A DNA stretch of 64,000 bases, taken from contig OX597831.1 of assembly GCA_951406725.2 (NCBI GenBank), positions 31,372,001-31,436,000 of the forward strand, written 5' to 3'. Source of the DNA: Octopus vulgaris (taxonomy: Eukaryota). The first letter of the stretch is position 1; every line of letters starts with the position of its first letter. The translations under genes and the position numbers were made by a program. The notes beneath the pieces are model-generated. The model worked only from the letters and a program-made list of their open reading frames with translations, did no database searches and was not told the origin of the DNA. Shown piece after piece: positions 62,931 through 64,000 of the stretch.

Positions 62931-64000
62931 TATATATATTGTAGCTACTTTCTCATAGACAAGCAAAGCGACTGCTAGAAAGAATCAATCATTGAAATGA
63001 GTCATTGATGATGCAATGAGAGACCCCTGTTTTTTTCTTCATAACCCGCTTTCTCTGGCTGTCTCTTGTGTGTGTTTTTCTCTAGAGAGAAAAAGAGGTA
63101 GAGGTAGTGAGAGAGAGAGGAAACAGTGAGAGAGAGAGATATAAAGAGGGACATATAGACAGCGAGAAAGTAGAGGTCCAGCAGCGACTCCAAAGGAATA
63201 AACGTAATGTATAGACTTAGAAATAGTTAGAAGTGGATTGAGTGAGGGGGGGGGGTTATTTTTTCACTATGTAAAAAACATTATGGTGAAATAGACAGTA
63301 AGTGGATTGCTAGAAATAGGAGCCAACTCACCCCCTACCCATTCCGTTTTTTGAAAATAAGTGCACAGTTATCTGCAGAATGGTCAAATTAACTTTAAAA
63401 ACATGGAAAAGCTGTAATAGCAATTTTATTTAGTGATCTCAGTGGTCAACATGCATAAAAATTTTGTTTTTTATAAGGATAAGGATAAATATAAATATAA
63501 ATATATATATATATAGTAAAGCTTAGTTATTAGCTTAATGTCATGAAACTAGAGCTAAGCACTGGTTTTTAGAAGGCATTTACACAGCCTAACATATGCA
63601 CACACACAAACATGACTCCCAAACACCATGAAGGGCTTGTGAAGTGAATAACAAGCAGTTCTTTCACTCAGTCTACTAGAAATACCGGCAAATCGTCCTT
63701 CAAACTGCATGTTACACATCACCATTTAACACCTAATTTCCATACTGGCATGGGTTGGATGTTTTGAGAGCAGCCAATGAGCCAGAGAACTGCATTAAGT
63801 TCCAATGTATGGTTTCTATAGTTTGATGCCCTTCCTGATGCCAACCACTTTACAGAATGTACAAGGTGCTTTACATGGCACTAGCACTGGTGAGGTTACT
63901 AGGTATTTTACAAGGAAAGATCCCTTAAATGAGTGAGGAGAATTGAGGGAGGTAGGTTTGTACCAGGTGAGGAAAGGTTGAAGTATGGTAGAGGGGCAGG

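Overview
AT-rich, microsatellite- and retroposon-dense animal genomic DNA. The tRNA-derived SINE families and RTE/CR1 LINEs strongly suggest an octopus (coleoid cephalopod); this is an inference from repeat content. The only host gene I can support is kinetochore protein SPC25 on the minus strand. Four phase-compatible coding exons (31282-31494, 27669-27773, 14567-14665, 11352-11473) encode the coiled coil and RWD domain; the first coding exon was not confidently found. The rest is intron/intergenic sequence filled with at least four tRNA-SINE families, 5'-truncated CR1-, RTE-, HERO-like and Penelope-like retroelements, a Gypsy LTR/gag relic, Tc1/mariner, piggyBac and hAT-like MITEs, non-autonomous Helitrons and satellites. 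Almost all ORFs in the supplied track are repeat artefacts. The most interesting signal is a set of minimal type I hammerhead-ribozyme folds. One sits in a short element that joins a tRNA-like Pol III head to a hammerhead and lies in an inverted arrangement in the last SPC25 intron, a candidate ribozyme-bearing, Penelope-mobilised SINE. Other signals: a co-varying SINE/LINE 3' stem-loop, SINE tail swapping, recurrent SINE dimers, a tandem duplication whose copies carry different RTE insertions, and large inverted repeats.
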